From assembly GCA_963663805.2 (NCBI GenBank), contig CAXXMR010000025.1, positions 18,947-82,946 of the forward strand: a stretch of DNA of 64,000 bases, given 5' to 3'. Positions 54,182 to 64,000 of the stretch are shown one piece after another. This DNA comes from Sedimentisphaerales bacterium (GTDB lineage: Bacteria > Planctomycetota > Phycisphaerae > Sedimentisphaerales > SM23-30). The notes under the pieces are model-generated. The model was given only the letters and a program-made list of their open reading frames with translations. It searched no databases and was not told where the DNA came from. The translations under genes were made by a program, and so were the position numbers. Positions within the stretch are counted from its first letter, which is position 1; each line of letters starts with the position of its first letter.

Positions 54182-55588
54182 TTAGCGGTGTCGGTAAACT
54201 TCCCAGCCCATATAGGCTTCGAGTGCTTCCTCAATGGCGTCAGCGGTTTGGGTCATGCTCACCGCGACGTGATGTTCAAAGCCTAACATGCAGATATACT
54301 GGAGCAGAAGCTGGAGGTTGGAGATTTTCATCACGCCGTAGCCGCCGAAGGTTTCGAGCTTGTCATTGGTGAACTCACCTTCGCCGCAATATACCGAAAT
54401 GATACCCTCGGCGTCGTCAGTTGAGGTCCGGCAGAAGGTGGCTGGCCCGGGTTTGATGCGTCCGACAATGGTCCCGCAGGCGTTTTCTTTGCCAACCGAG
54501 CCGGCGATGATTTCCTGGATGTCCATTTTGGCATTTTTGAAAAAGCTTTTGGGCAGGTTACTGCAATGGAAGAGAATGCACTTGTCAGGGTCATTGCCGT
54601 AATTATTATTCCAGTCCAGCAGGGCACTGGGAGTGCCGCCGGCTAATTGGAGGATGTACATTCCCAGCAGGCCGGTGACATCAACTTCGCAGGCACTGGG
54701 CCGGAGAGATTCGCTGAGCATACTCATTATTGAACAAGGAGTAATGCCGAAAAATTCTTCCATACTGGTCCAGCACTGAATCGCCGTACCGTTGAGGTGG
54801 AGTTCTTCGGACCACTGGTCAACCACCGTGCCGAACTTCGCCATCCGCAGCAGGGCCGTAGCGTCGATATTAGAACAGGAGACATATTTCTTAATGGCAT
54901 CGAGCTTGGCTTTGACGGCCTTGTCATTGTCAGCCAGACGTTCGCTCCGACCAAAAACCTCGGAAAGATCTATCGTCTCAACCGAAACGCCGGCCAGCTC
55001 AAGAATCTTTTCGCTGTAGCGTACCGTATTGAAGGCACCGGTCCGGGCTCCGATAGCGCCGAAGCGGACGTTTTTCAGGCCGCGAACGATTCGACAAACC
55101 GCCGCGAATTTGTCCACTTCAGCCTTGAATTCCGCGGATTTGGCTTTCATCGTGTGCGAGCCCGTCAAGGAATAAGGTATGCCCGCCTGACGCAGGTTGT
55201 TGCAGACGCTCATCTTACCGCAAAATGAATCACGCCGATGTTGTATAGCCATTTGATTTTGGTCGTCGGCTTCGGCATGGACCAGGATAGGCACATCCAG
55301 ACCGCTGCGTTTGATTGCCTCTGCCACGCCTTTTTCGTCGCCGAAATTGGGCAGCGTAACGATGATGCCGTCAATCTGGGCAGCCTTTGAAGCGAAAAGC
55401 TCCGCGCATTTCTGAGCATCCTGGAAGGTTTCGACAGCACCATACTTCGTGTCCCTGGTGTTCAGGGCGACGGTCGTGTAGCCGGCATCTTTTAGCACTG
55501 CCAGAATGTCCTTGCGACCGTTTTCAGCCAGCTTGTCAGGGAAGAAACCCCTGTTTCCGACAATAACCGCGAATGTGGTTTTCGGCAT
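54182..55588 (-). CDS. L-fucose/L-arabinose isomerase family protein
   Basis: NFGDE, RRDSFCG, IQCW, ACEVD, FHCSN and GFEHH; in an operon with araB/araD. Confidence 0.88.
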   Translation of the reverse strand: MPKTTFAVIVGNRGFFPDKLAENGRKDILAVLKDAGYTTVALNTRDTKYGAVETFQDAQKCAELFASKAAQIDGIIVTLPNFGDEKGVAEAIKRSGLDVPILVHAEADDQNQMAIQHRRDSFCGKMSVCNNLRQAGIPYSLTGSHTMKAKSAEFKAEVDKFAAVCRIVRGLKNVRFGAIGARTGAFNTVRYSEKILELAGVSVETIDLSEVFGRSERLADNDKAVKAKLDAIKKYVSCSNIDATALLRMAKFGTVVDQWSEELHLNGTAIQCWTSMEEFFGITPCSIMSMLSESLRPSACEVDVTGLLGMYILQLAGGTPSALLDWNNNYGNDPDKCILFHCSNLPKSFFKNAKMDIQEIIAGSVGKENACGTIVGRIKPGPATFCRTSTDDAEGIISVYCGEGEFTNDKLETFGGYGVMKISNLQLLLQYICMLGFEHHVAVSMTQTADAIEEALEAYMGWEVYRHR

Positions 55589-55611
55589 TTGAAAATCTCC
55601 TTATATAAAAT

Positions 55612-56301
55612 TTAGGATTGGCCGTAGTATGCATTCTCACCGTGCTTTCTCAGGTAATGTTTCTCTAGCAGCACTTGAGGTATTTCACCCCGATAAGAGT
55701 CAATTTGTTTGACTATTAGTGCCATCTGAGCGACGTATTCCAGTACCGCCGCGATTTCGACCGATTTCGCCGGACTGCTGCCCCAGGTGAAAGGCCCATG
55801 TTGGCCGACCAGAACCGCCGGCATCTGCTCCGGGTCAATTTCAGCGAAACGACGTACTATTACCTTACCGGTATTGAGTTCATAATCACCGCTGATTTCC
55901 GCCGCGGTCAACGGTTCAGTAATAGGTACCGGCCCATAGAAATAATCAGCGTGAGTTGTCCCTTGAGCGGGTATTTCCCGACAAGCCTGCGCCCATGCCG
56001 TAGCATGAAGCGAATGAGTATGGCAAATGCCGCCCAGAGTCGAAAAACAACGATAGAGTTCAAGATGAGTCGGGGTGTCGGAAGATGGTTTCAGGTCGCC
56101 TGCGACAATTTTACCGTCAAGGTCAACCAGAACGATTTTGTCAGGAGTAAGCTCTTCATAAGCAACCCCACTGGGCTTGATAGCGACAATCCCGGATTCA
56201 CGGTCGATACCGCTGACATTCCCCCAACTGTAAAAGACAAGGCTACGCCGCGGCAATTCGCAATTGGCGGCGCAGACATCCTGTTTTAATTTTTCGAGCA
56301 T
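55612..56301 (-). CDS. araD: L-ribulose-5-phosphate 4-epimerase
   Basis: WGNVS, IKPSG, PSSDTPTH, HTHS, GTTHADYF and KHG.NAYYGQ. Confidence 0.96.
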   Translation of the reverse strand: MLEKLKQDVCAANCELPRRSLVFYSWGNVSGIDRESGIVAIKPSGVAYEELTPDKIVLVDLDGKIVAGDLKPSSDTPTHLELYRCFSTLGGICHTHSLHATAWAQACREIPAQGTTHADYFYGPVPITEPLTAAEISGDYELNTGKVIVRRFAEIDPEQMPAVLVGQHGPFTWGSSPAKSVEIAAVLEYVAQMALIVKQIDSYRGEIPQVLLEKHYLRKHGENAYYGQS

Positions 56302-56321
56302 GTTAAAATTTCACCTTCAAA

Positions 56322-57977
56322 TTATCCTGCCGCTTGTTGTTTAATATCGAGAAGTTCTTTCATTATATTATCAAGTTTCATCGGATGAGCAAGCCCAAAG
56401 GCGTCATGAACCTGCATGTAAAGTTTGTAAAGGCGGGCGTAAACAGCCTGATTTTCCGCAATGGGTTTGAAAGTCCGTTCCTTCAAACCCGACATTGCTT
56501 TTTGAGCTGCCGCGAAATCTTTGTGAGTTCCCGCGACCACAGCACCTGCCATAGCGGCACCGAGGGCACAACTTTGGGCTGAGCGGGAGATTTTCATCTC
56601 GCGGCCGGTAACGTCGGCGTAAATCTGCATAAGCATGGGATTCTTTTCGGCGATGCCGCCGCAGTTGATGATCTCGGAAACGTTTACGTCATATTCAGCC
56701 ACACGATTAATGATGGTCAAAGCGCCAAAGGCAGTAGCTTCGATAAGGGCGAGGTAGATTTCTTCCGGTTTGGTATGCAGTGTCTGGCCGAGCAGTAAAC
56801 CTGTCAAACGCTGGTCAACGAGGATACAGCGATTACCGTTGTTCCAGTCCAGTGCCAGCAGGCCCGACTGACCGGGCTTGAGGGCGGCGGCTTTTTCGGT
56901 GAGCTTCTGATGCGAGCCTTCATCTTTGCCGCAGGGCTGAATGTTATTCACGAACCAGTTGAATATATCACCCACAGCCGATTGGCCTGCCTCAAGTGCG
57001 AAGTGACCCGGCAGCACCGAGCCGTCAACCACACCGCATACGCCGGGCACGTCGGGCAGCTTCTGACCAGCCGGCGCGACGATCATGTCACAGGTACTCG
57101 TCCCAATGATTTTTACCAGAGTGCCGGGCTGGATACCCGAACCAACCGCGCCCATGTGGGCATCGAAAGCACCTACGGCAACGGGGATACCTTCAGGTAA
57201 ACCAAATTTCTGGGTCCATTCCGGGCAGAGTTTGCCGGCGGGGGTGGCGATGGTATAGGTTTTATCATAGAGCCGGTCACGAAGTTCGCCCAGCCTGGGG
57301 TCGAGCTTGCTAAGGAAGTCCTTAGCGGGCAGGCCGCCCCAGTCATCGTTGAACATAGCCTTATGGCCCGCGGCACAGCGGCTGCGGAGCATGTCTTCAG
57401 GCCGTTTGATGCCGCATAGTACGCCGTTCAACCAGTCGCAATGCTCCATCCAGCTATGAGCAGCCTCGAAGACTTTGGCATCTATCCTTAAACAGTGCAA
57501 TATTTTGGAGAAGAACCACTCGGACGAATAAGTCCCGCCGCACTTGCCGAGATATTCAGGGTGTTCCTTTTGGGCCAGAGCGGTGATTTCTGCGGCTTCA
57601 GCGTAGGCGGTATGGTCCTTCCACAGCCAGGCCAGGGCGTTGGGGTTGTCGGCGAACTTCTCGGTCATGCTCAGGGGGACACCTTCGGCGTTGACGGGGA
57701 TGGGGGTCGAGCCGGTGGTGTCGATGCCCATACCGACGATTTGGTCGGGTGAGAAGGCGGGCTGGTTTTTTCGGGCCATTTCAAGTGCTTCGTTTACCGT
57801 GGCTTGGGCACCTCTAAGGTAGTCGGCGGGGTTTTGGCGGGCAACGTTATGGTCAGCGGTATCGACGATGGTTTCATAATCAAAAACCGCTTCGCCGATT
57901 TCGTTGCCGTTGGAAGTGTCTGCTATAACGCATCTTACAGAGCCGGTGCCGTAATCCAGACCAATGCTGAAGGCCAT
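56322..57977 (-). CDS. araB: Ribulokinase
   Basis: GLDYGT.SVR, DTTGSTP, WKDHTA, YSSEWF, AGHKA and LDWNNGNR. Confidence 0.95.
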   Translation of the reverse strand: MAFSIGLDYGTGSVRCVIADTSNGNEIGEAVFDYETIVDTADHNVARQNPADYLRGAQATVNEALEMARKNQPAFSPDQIVGMGIDTTGSTPIPVNAEGVPLSMTEKFADNPNALAWLWKDHTAYAEAAEITALAQKEHPEYLGKCGGTYSSEWFFSKILHCLRIDAKVFEAAHSWMEHCDWLNGVLCGIKRPEDMLRSRCAAGHKAMFNDDWGGLPAKDFLSKLDPRLGELRDRLYDKTYTIATPAGKLCPEWTQKFGLPEGIPVAVGAFDAHMGAVGSGIQPGTLVKIIGTSTCDMIVAPAGQKLPDVPGVCGVVDGSVLPGHFALEAGQSAVGDIFNWFVNNIQPCGKDEGSHQKLTEKAAALKPGQSGLLALDWNNGNRCILVDQRLTGLLLGQTLHTKPEEIYLALIEATAFGALTIINRVAEYDVNVSEIINCGGIAEKNPMLMQIYADVTGREMKISRSAQSCALGAAMAGAVVAGTHKDFAAAQKAMSGLKERTFKPIAENQAVYARLYKLYMQVHDAFGLAHPMKLDNIMKELLDIKQQAAG

Positions 57978-58225
57978 GATATTTCCTTTCGATAAACGCT
58001 AATTATTGAACATCCATTCTACCGTTGGGCCAGTATAGCAAGAGAGAGGCTTTATCTCAAGATAACGTTTGCGTGTGTGTGATTCGGCGGAGAGGGGTAA
58101 TAATAGCGAGCGGTATTTGCAAAATAGCAATAATCTGCCGGTTTGCATTTTGGAAGATTTGGGACTATAATTCCGCCTTGGGTTTCATTACTATTTGAAG
58201 CGAAGTATGTTAGAGGTCAGGAATT

Positions 58226-58717
58226 ATGGAAAAGTCACAACATAGCCATCACGGTCCCGCCGGCGGGGCGAGCCCTTGGAATCAGGGGCAGGCACCGGAT
58301 AACTGGTGGGAGGAAGTCAAGAGGTCGCATGGACACGTTGGCCCGTGGAATGTTTTGGGGTATCGGATGGGCCAGGCGGCCCTACGCGAGTTTAAGAGCC
58401 GCTGGGGTCATCATGAGCTGGATATTGTCTGCTATATACCGCTGAGTACGCCATTTTCCTGTCTGGCCGACGGGGTGGTAATCGGGACGGGCAACAGCAT
58501 CGGGCGGCTGGATATTCGATTGGCCGAGGCGATGTCGATAGAGTTGATTGAGGTGCTTGTCCGACGTAAAGACGGCGAAGGCAGTATTTTGCGGATGCGG
58601 CCCTATGCCGAGTATCTGGAAAGTATTCGGGCCCGGCCTGTGGAGCAACTGGAAGGGTTGAGTCTGAAGACCAGGGATATGGCAGAGGATGAATTGTTCG
58701 AGATGACCATGATTTGA
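58226..58717 (+). CDS. FmdE (formylmethanofuran dehydrogenase subunit E)-like protein
   Basis: HGHVGP..LGYRMG and CLADG..GTG.SIG motifs. Confidence 0.75.
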   Translation: MEKSQHSHHGPAGGASPWNQGQAPDNWWEEVKRSHGHVGPWNVLGYRMGQAALREFKSRWGHHELDIVCYIPLSTPFSCLADGVVIGTGNSIGRLDIRLAEAMSIELIEVLVRRKDGEGSILRMRPYAEYLESIRARPVEQLEGLSLKTRDMAEDELFEMTMI

Positions 58718-58731
58718 ATGGAATTGTCTGA

Positions 58732-60450
58732 TTAGGCCAGGCCTTTGAAGAAATGAGCGGCTCCTTTTTTAATTCCTCTAAGGTTGTAGCCGCCTTCCTG
58801 AACGATGAGAAGGGGGATTTTGAGATTTTTAAGGTGCTGAGCGATAGTACTCATCCAGGCGGGCGCTATCATGAATGTTCCGGTGGGGTCGCCGGCGAGG
58901 ATGTCGAGGCCCAGACTGACGACGAGTATCTCCGGTTTGAATTTTCTGATGGTGCGGAGTGCTTTTTCCAGGGCGGGCAGATAGATTTTTTCGTCGGAGT
59001 CGCGGGGCAGGGGCAGGTTGAGGTTGAATCCCAGGCCGGGGCCGGTTCCGGTTTCTTCGGGGAATCCGCTGAAATACGGGAAGGCATTATCAGGGTGGCC
59101 ATGTATGGACACGGTTAATACGTCCGAGCGGTCATAGAAAATGTCCTGAGTTCCGTTGCCGTGATGATGGTCGATGTCAAGTACGGCAACTTTGGTGCTT
59201 TGGGAGAAATGGTGGGCGGCTATGGCGGCGTTGTTGAAGTAGCAGAAACCGCCGTAGACTCTTTTTTCGGCGTGATGGCCGGGCGGGCGACACAGTGCGT
59301 AGACGACGCGATGGCCGACGAGAATTTCACGGGCGGCGGTTAGGGCGACATTTACAGCGGCACGGGCGGCGATGAAGGCGTTGCCGTCGAGCGGAGTGCA
59401 GGAGTCAATGCAGTAATAGCCGGCCTGTTCGGGAAACATGCCGGGGCGGCGATCGGGGCGGCGAATGGGGAATGTATCAGGGTAAACAGGTTTGTCTTTG
59501 GCGAGCTTGGTGCAAATAGTCTTGAGGTACTGGACAAAGTGGCGGTCGTGGATGTCGGTTATGGCTGATTCGGAGAAGACGGCAGGTTCGATAGAGGTGA
59601 ACATTCCGGTTCGACCGAGCGATTCTTTGAGTACGCCGACGCGGGTCGGGCGTTCGAAATAGCCGCGCTGTTTGACGTGGTGGATGATGTGCTTCTGGCT
59701 GGAGACCATGACGAAAGGGCGGTCGAGGCGATGGGTTTTGACTTCGCCTGGAGGTGGGGGGGCTTTGATGTAGCGTTGGGATAGGAATTGGACGGGGTCG
59801 TGAGGGAAGGCTTCGAGGACTTTTTTGATATATTGGGGGGGCGAAATATGGGCGAATCTTCGGGAGAGAATCATACGTACGGCATCTTTGGCTTCTTCAC
59901 GGGCTAGAGGCGTGGTTCGACCCAGGGCATCGTAGAGCAGGTATGCGGTGGTCGGTGGTGACCCTACCGGTTGGGAATATATGGGGTTGATGATGGTTTT
60001 GACACCATATTTTTCGTAAAATCGGATACGTTTTTTTGCTTCGGCGAGCTGTTCTGGGTTTGTTGTCAGGGCTGGGTCGTCGGGCTGGACTTCCATGTAC
60101 AGGCCGTGGGCGGCGACATCCTGGCAGTATTCTCGAACGGCTTCGTAGAGTGCCGTGCCGAGTCCGCCGCCGCGGATGTCTTTGCGGACAGCGAGGTAGT
60201 CAAGGAAGACGCTGTTGCAATGGGGGAAGTGTAGTATCAGGGCGAAGGCGTTGGCTTTTCCCTGGCCCCGTTCGAGAACGATAAGGGCGGCATTGTAGTT
60301 GTGTTCGAGAGGCTTCTGGAGGATTTGAGGAATTTTGTCGGCCTGTTCAGCCAGGTCGGGAAAGGCCTGGGCGAAAATGGTTTTGACCTGTTCAATTCGG
60401 TCCCGGTTGATGGGCAGGTAGCCGCTATGTATGCAACGAATTCTTATCAT
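58732..60450 (-). CDS. GNAT acetyltransferase fused to a Zn-dependent HDAC/acetylpolyamine amidohydrolase
   Basis: N-terminal LDYLAV..RGGGLGTALY..RFYEKYG; C-terminal RPPGHHA, GFCYFNN, DIDHHHGNGTQ, SLGLD and EGGY. Confidence 0.9.
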   Translation of the reverse strand: MIRIRCIHSGYLPINRDRIEQVKTIFAQAFPDLAEQADKIPQILQKPLEHNYNAALIVLERGQGKANAFALILHFPHCNSVFLDYLAVRKDIRGGGLGTALYEAVREYCQDVAAHGLYMEVQPDDPALTTNPEQLAEAKKRIRFYEKYGVKTIINPIYSQPVGSPPTTAYLLYDALGRTTPLAREEAKDAVRMILSRRFAHISPPQYIKKVLEAFPHDPVQFLSQRYIKAPPPPGEVKTHRLDRPFVMVSSQKHIIHHVKQRGYFERPTRVGVLKESLGRTGMFTSIEPAVFSESAITDIHDRHFVQYLKTICTKLAKDKPVYPDTFPIRRPDRRPGMFPEQAGYYCIDSCTPLDGNAFIAARAAVNVALTAAREILVGHRVVYALCRPPGHHAEKRVYGGFCYFNNAAIAAHHFSQSTKVAVLDIDHHHGNGTQDIFYDRSDVLTVSIHGHPDNAFPYFSGFPEETGTGPGLGFNLNLPLPRDSDEKIYLPALEKALRTIRKFKPEILVVSLGLDILAGDPTGTFMIAPAWMSTIAQHLKNLKIPLLIVQEGGYNLRGIKKGAAHFFKGLA

Positions 60451-60500
60451 GTTTTTTTCCTTTTGCTAAAAAGGGCGGTTAATGTCGCACACCGATGTTG

Positions 60501-62610
60501 TTATTGAGCGGGTTCGGATATGTCTTCGAAGGGGACTTCCACTTGTTTGTTTTCGAGATAGAGTATCATGGTTTTTTGTTTGTTTCTGATTTTGATTACC
60601 TCAGCGGTGCGGCGGAATCTTACGGCATAGACGGTGTCGCCTTTTCGGACTGACTCGACGAACTGAGCTTGTCGTACTCGAAGCGGGGTGGCGGCGGCAG
60701 TCTGGTGGATTTTTTTGGCGAATTCCTGAGCATGTTCGGAGAATGGTTTGGGGGCGTTCTGAGCGTTGCTGAGATAGGCGGTGGTAAGACGGCGGACCTG
60801 GCTCATGGTGCGTTCTATTATCTGGTTGGCTTGTTCAGCGGCATCTTTTCGTTCCCGTTTGGCTAGTTCGAGTGCGTCGCGGGCCTGCTGTTGGAGGGCG
60901 TTTATTTCGTCTAAAGTTGATTCTGCCTGGGAGCGGGATTGTTCGGCAGCGAGGCGGGCGGTTTGGACCTGGTTGATAAGTTCGTTTTCTTCCAGGGCGT
61001 CGTGTCGAGTTGGCCGCGGGCGGCGTTGACGATTTTTTTGGACATGCCCAGACGGCGGGCGATGGCCAGGGCGTTGCTGGCACCGGGATTGCCGATTAGC
61101 AGTCTAAAGGTTGGCGAGAGGGTTTCCAGATTAAATTCGAGTGAGGCGTTGATGGTACGCGGGGTGCGCCAGGCATAGCTTTTGAGTTGCCGAGATGGGT
61201 GGTGGCGACAACAGAAGCAGATGCGTTTACGAGGGCATCGAGGATGGCCGTGCCCAGGGCGGCACCTTCCGAGGGGTCGGTGCCTGAACCCAGTTCGTCG
61301 AGCAGGATGAGTGATTTTTCGTTGGCGTTTTCGAGGATGCGGACGATGTGTTTCATGTGCGACGAGAAAGTCGAGAGACTTTGCTGGAGGCTTTGTTCGT
61401 CGCCGATGTCAGCGAAGATTTTCTGGTAAACAGGAACGGTTGAGCCGCTTGAAGCGGGGATGTGCATACCAGCCTGGGCCATGAGGGTGATGAGCCCAAT
61501 GGTCTTGAGAGTAACGGTCTTGCCGCCGGTATTGGGGCCGGTCAGCAGCAGCAGATCGAAGTCTTCGCCGAGCCGGACATCGAGCGGGATGATTTTCTGG
61601 AAGATATCAGAAAGGGTGGAATCGGACTGTTTGCGGCATAATTCGAGCAGCAGGGGATGGCGGGCATCACGCAGTCGGAGCCGGTTTTGCGGGTCAATTT
61701 CGGGGCAGGACATGTTCCAGGCGAGGCTGTATTTTGCTTTGGCATGGGCCAGGTCGATAAGGCCTAGGATGCGGACGGTATTAAGGATTTCGGGCCGCTG
61801 GCGGATTATGAGTCGGGTCAGTTCGCTTAGGATACGAGTGACTTCGCGATGTTCGGCGGTGATGGCAGATTCGAGCTCGTTGCCGAGTTCAGCCAGTTCG
61901 TGGGGTTCGACGAACAGAGTTGAGCCGCTTTTGGAGCGGTCGAGTACTACGCCGGGTATCCAGGAGCGGTAATTTTCCTTTACGGCGATGACGGGGCGAT
62001 GGTTGCGGGTCAGGAAGTTATCGTTCTCGATGGCATCGGCGAGCTTGGGTGATGATACGATGGCGTGGAAGTGTCGTCTGATTAAGGAGTTAAGGCTTTG
62101 AATGCGTCGTCGGAGTTCGTGGAGTTTGGGCGAGGCCTGGTCGCGGACGAATTTTTCGGGGTCGATGCAGCGGGTGATTTCGGCGATGGTTTCGGTGAAG
62201 TCGTCGAGCGATTCGGTGAGTCGGCGGAAGTGGGGGATGTCGTAACTTATTTGGCTGGCGAAGTTTCTGAGGTTTTCGGCGGCCTGGAGGGTATCGCGGA
62301 TGTCGAGCAGTGTTTCGGGGTCTAGGGTGGCGATGTTGGGCTGTAGGCTGCGTATGTCTCGGATTCCGGCGAGGGGGATACGGTGGTTGTTTTCTATAAG
62401 TTGTTTTATTTCAGAGGTTTCAGCGAGTCGGTCGGTTATCCAGTTGAGGTTGGTTGAGGGATAGAGGGCAAATGCCGCAGTTCGGCCGAGTTGGGAGGCA
62501 GCGAAGGTTGCGAGTATGGCACGTAACTTGTTTAGTTCCAGTACTTTGAGTGTATGCTGGTCGATCTGGTCGGTTCGGCGGCGTTTCTTGTTTTTGGGGT
62601 TCTGAGGCAT
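60501..62610 (-). CDS. mutS2: MutS2-family ATPase, frameshifted near 61190 and 61000; ends after a KOW-like domain
   Basis: S.SGSTLFVEP, ARHPLL, TGPNTGGKT, DIGDEQS..QSLSTFSSH, DELGSGTDP, TTH and G.PGASNAL.IA.RLG. Confidence 0.9.
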
Positions 62611-62916
62611 GTTTTTTCCTGTGGAGGATGATAAGCGAAATTTGCAGTCTGGTAAAGTGTGTGTTATAGCCCAAAAATAAGCGCAGTTAACGGCACCGCC
62701 GAGGGAGAATCCCCACTAAACCACATGAACTGCAAAGACCGCAGAAAAACTGTATTTGGGTAATAAATGTGCCGAACAGGATTGGTTTTTTGAGGAAAAT
62801 TTCGTTTTTTTTTCCGTTTTTTTGTACTGCGAACTATACTATATAGCACTTTTTTAAGAAAAACATATTTAAAAAGGTGATATAGTATAGTTTTTGTGAA
62901 TAGCGGGGAATGGGCC

Positions 62917-62986
62917 TTATTTAACGGCAGGCATGAGGCAAGAGTGAACGGCTAGGTGCCTGCCTTGGGCAGGGGGTGTTTATTTT
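62917..62986 (+). repeat. Dispersed repeat copy 6
   Basis: TTATTTAACGGCAGGCATGAGGCAAGAGTGAACGGCTAGGTG-CCTGCC TTG GGCAGG-GGGTGTTTATTTT. Confidence 0.85.
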
Positions 62987-64000
62987 CAAACAGGAAAAAA
63001 AGAGATTTGACCCCTTTTTACTTTTAGCTGGTTAACCAGTTCTCGGAAGATTTGGCCTCGTTGCTGGAAGTTTTTGAACATGTCGTAGCTGGCGCAGGCG
63101 GGGGAGAGCAGGACTACATCGCCGGGTTGAGCGTTTTGGGCGGCAGTGTGGACGGCTTGTTCCAAGGTGTCAACTTTGTGGCAAGGGGCTTGATTGCGGC
63201 TTTTGGTTAGTTCTTCGTCAAGTTTGTCACGGACCTGTCCGAGCAGGATTAGGGCGCGGACTTTGTCGTTGGCGGCGATTTTCTGGGCGAGTTCCGTGAA
63301 ACATATCTTTTTATCGTATCCGCCGAGGATTAGCAGTTTGGGCTGTTTGAACGCTTCCAGGGCGGCGATTACACTTTCGGGGGTGGTGGCGATAGAGTCG
63401 TTGTAATATTTGACGTCGTTGATGGTATCGACCAACTCAAGGCGGTGGGGGAGTGACTGGTAATTTTTGAGAGCTTCCTTGATTTGGTCTTCCGACACGC
63501 CAAAGAGTCTGCCGACGGACCAGGCGGCGGCGGCGTTGATTTGATTGTGGCGACCGGGTACGGATAGCCTGAAGGTTTGTTCGGGGCTGGGGGGATACCA
63601 GATGACGCGGCTTGGTAAATTATGTCCCCATTTACTTACGGTTTCGTCCAGACGGTTCAGGATGGCGTAATCGTTGGTGGTTTGGAAGCGGATGATATTG
63701 CGTTTATCTTCGAGGTATGCTTCCATCGTGCCGTGCCAGTCGAGGTGGTTGGGGGCGATGTTGGTGACGACAGCGACGTGGGGGCTGCGTTTGAGTTCGG
63801 CTAAATCGTGGAGCTGGAAGCTGCTCAGTTCGAGGACGACCAGGTCGTCGGCGTTGATTTCATCAATGCGGGAGAGTAGGTTTTGCTGGCCAATATTTCC
63901 GCCCAGCCAGAGTTGGCCATACTCGATGCCCGACTGTCCCTGCGTCCCTGCCTGCAAGACCGCGGCAATCATACTGGTGGTGGTGCTCTTGCCGTTGCTG
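62986..64000 (-). CDS. murD: UDP-N-acetylmuramoyl-L-alanine--D-glutamate ligase (5' end outside window)
   Basis: SNGKSTTT, GGNIG, ELSSFQL, NHLDWH, HRLE, NDSIAT, GGYDK and LSPACASYDMF.NF..RG. Confidence 0.96.
   Translation of the reverse strand, partial: SNGKSTTTSMIAAVLQAGTQGQSGIEYGQLWLGGNIGQQNLLSRIDEINADDLVVLELSSFQLHDLAELKRSPHVAVVTNIAPNHLDWHGTMEAYLEDKRNIIRFQTTNDYAILNRLDETVSKWGHNLPSRVIWYPPSPEQTFRLSVPGRHNQINAAAAWSVGRLFGVSEDQIKEALKNYQSLPHRLELVDTINDVKYYNDSIATTPESVIAALEAFKQPKLLILGGYDKKICFTELAQKIAANDKVRALILLGQVRDKLDEELTKSRNQAPCHKVDTLEQAVHTAAQNAQPGDVVLLSPACASYDMFKNFQQRGQIFRELVNQLKVKRGQISFFPV

Noticed and set aside
62691..62775. Glycine riboswitch (CGCCGA.GGAG resemblance)
   Set aside because: It lacks the CTCTCAGG and GGAGA core elements and has the wrong orientation and context.
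62832..62892. dif, parS or NrdR site
   Set aside because: It does not fit the consensus or spacing of any of these.

Overview
This 64 kb window of bacterial chromosome is most consistent with an anaerobic planctomycete (Phycisphaerae/Sedimentisphaerales-like). That call is inferred from PEP-CTERM proteins, DUF1559-type pseudopilins, dockerin-like repeats, DUF6677 and hydF. The housekeeping backbone has hydF, queE, hisG, nusA-infB-DUF503-rbfA, tRNA-Lys, tadA, kdsD/kdsC, uvrC, purE, mtnA, tRNA-Arg, pstCAB-phoU, araB-araD-isomerase, mutS2 and murD. A ~25 kb accessory island follows tRNA-Arg(TCT) and a dead integrase (about 24.9-49.75 kb). It holds two mirrored glycan-use cassettes. Each cassette has a GntR-LacI regulator, a divergent PEP-CTERM surface protein, a large split-dockerin protein carrying the same domain as that PEP-CTERM protein, and a type IV pseudopilin. 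The second cassette adds two GxGYxYP putative hydrolases, a Na+/solute symporter and a GH38, with no TonB/SusCD genes. This is the best candidate for an undescribed system. Other notable items are a strand-polarised dispersed hairpin repeat family (6 copies, one split by IS200), a GNAT-deacetylase fusion, a catalytically dead HhH protein with a Lys/Thr histone-like tail, a structured nusA leader without rimP, a four-repeat Pho box and an internally deleted IS66. The stretches at about 11-25 kb and 60.5-62.6 kb have many frameshifts, probably assembly indels, so coordinates there are approximate. All calls come from motif recognition by eye; no searches were run.
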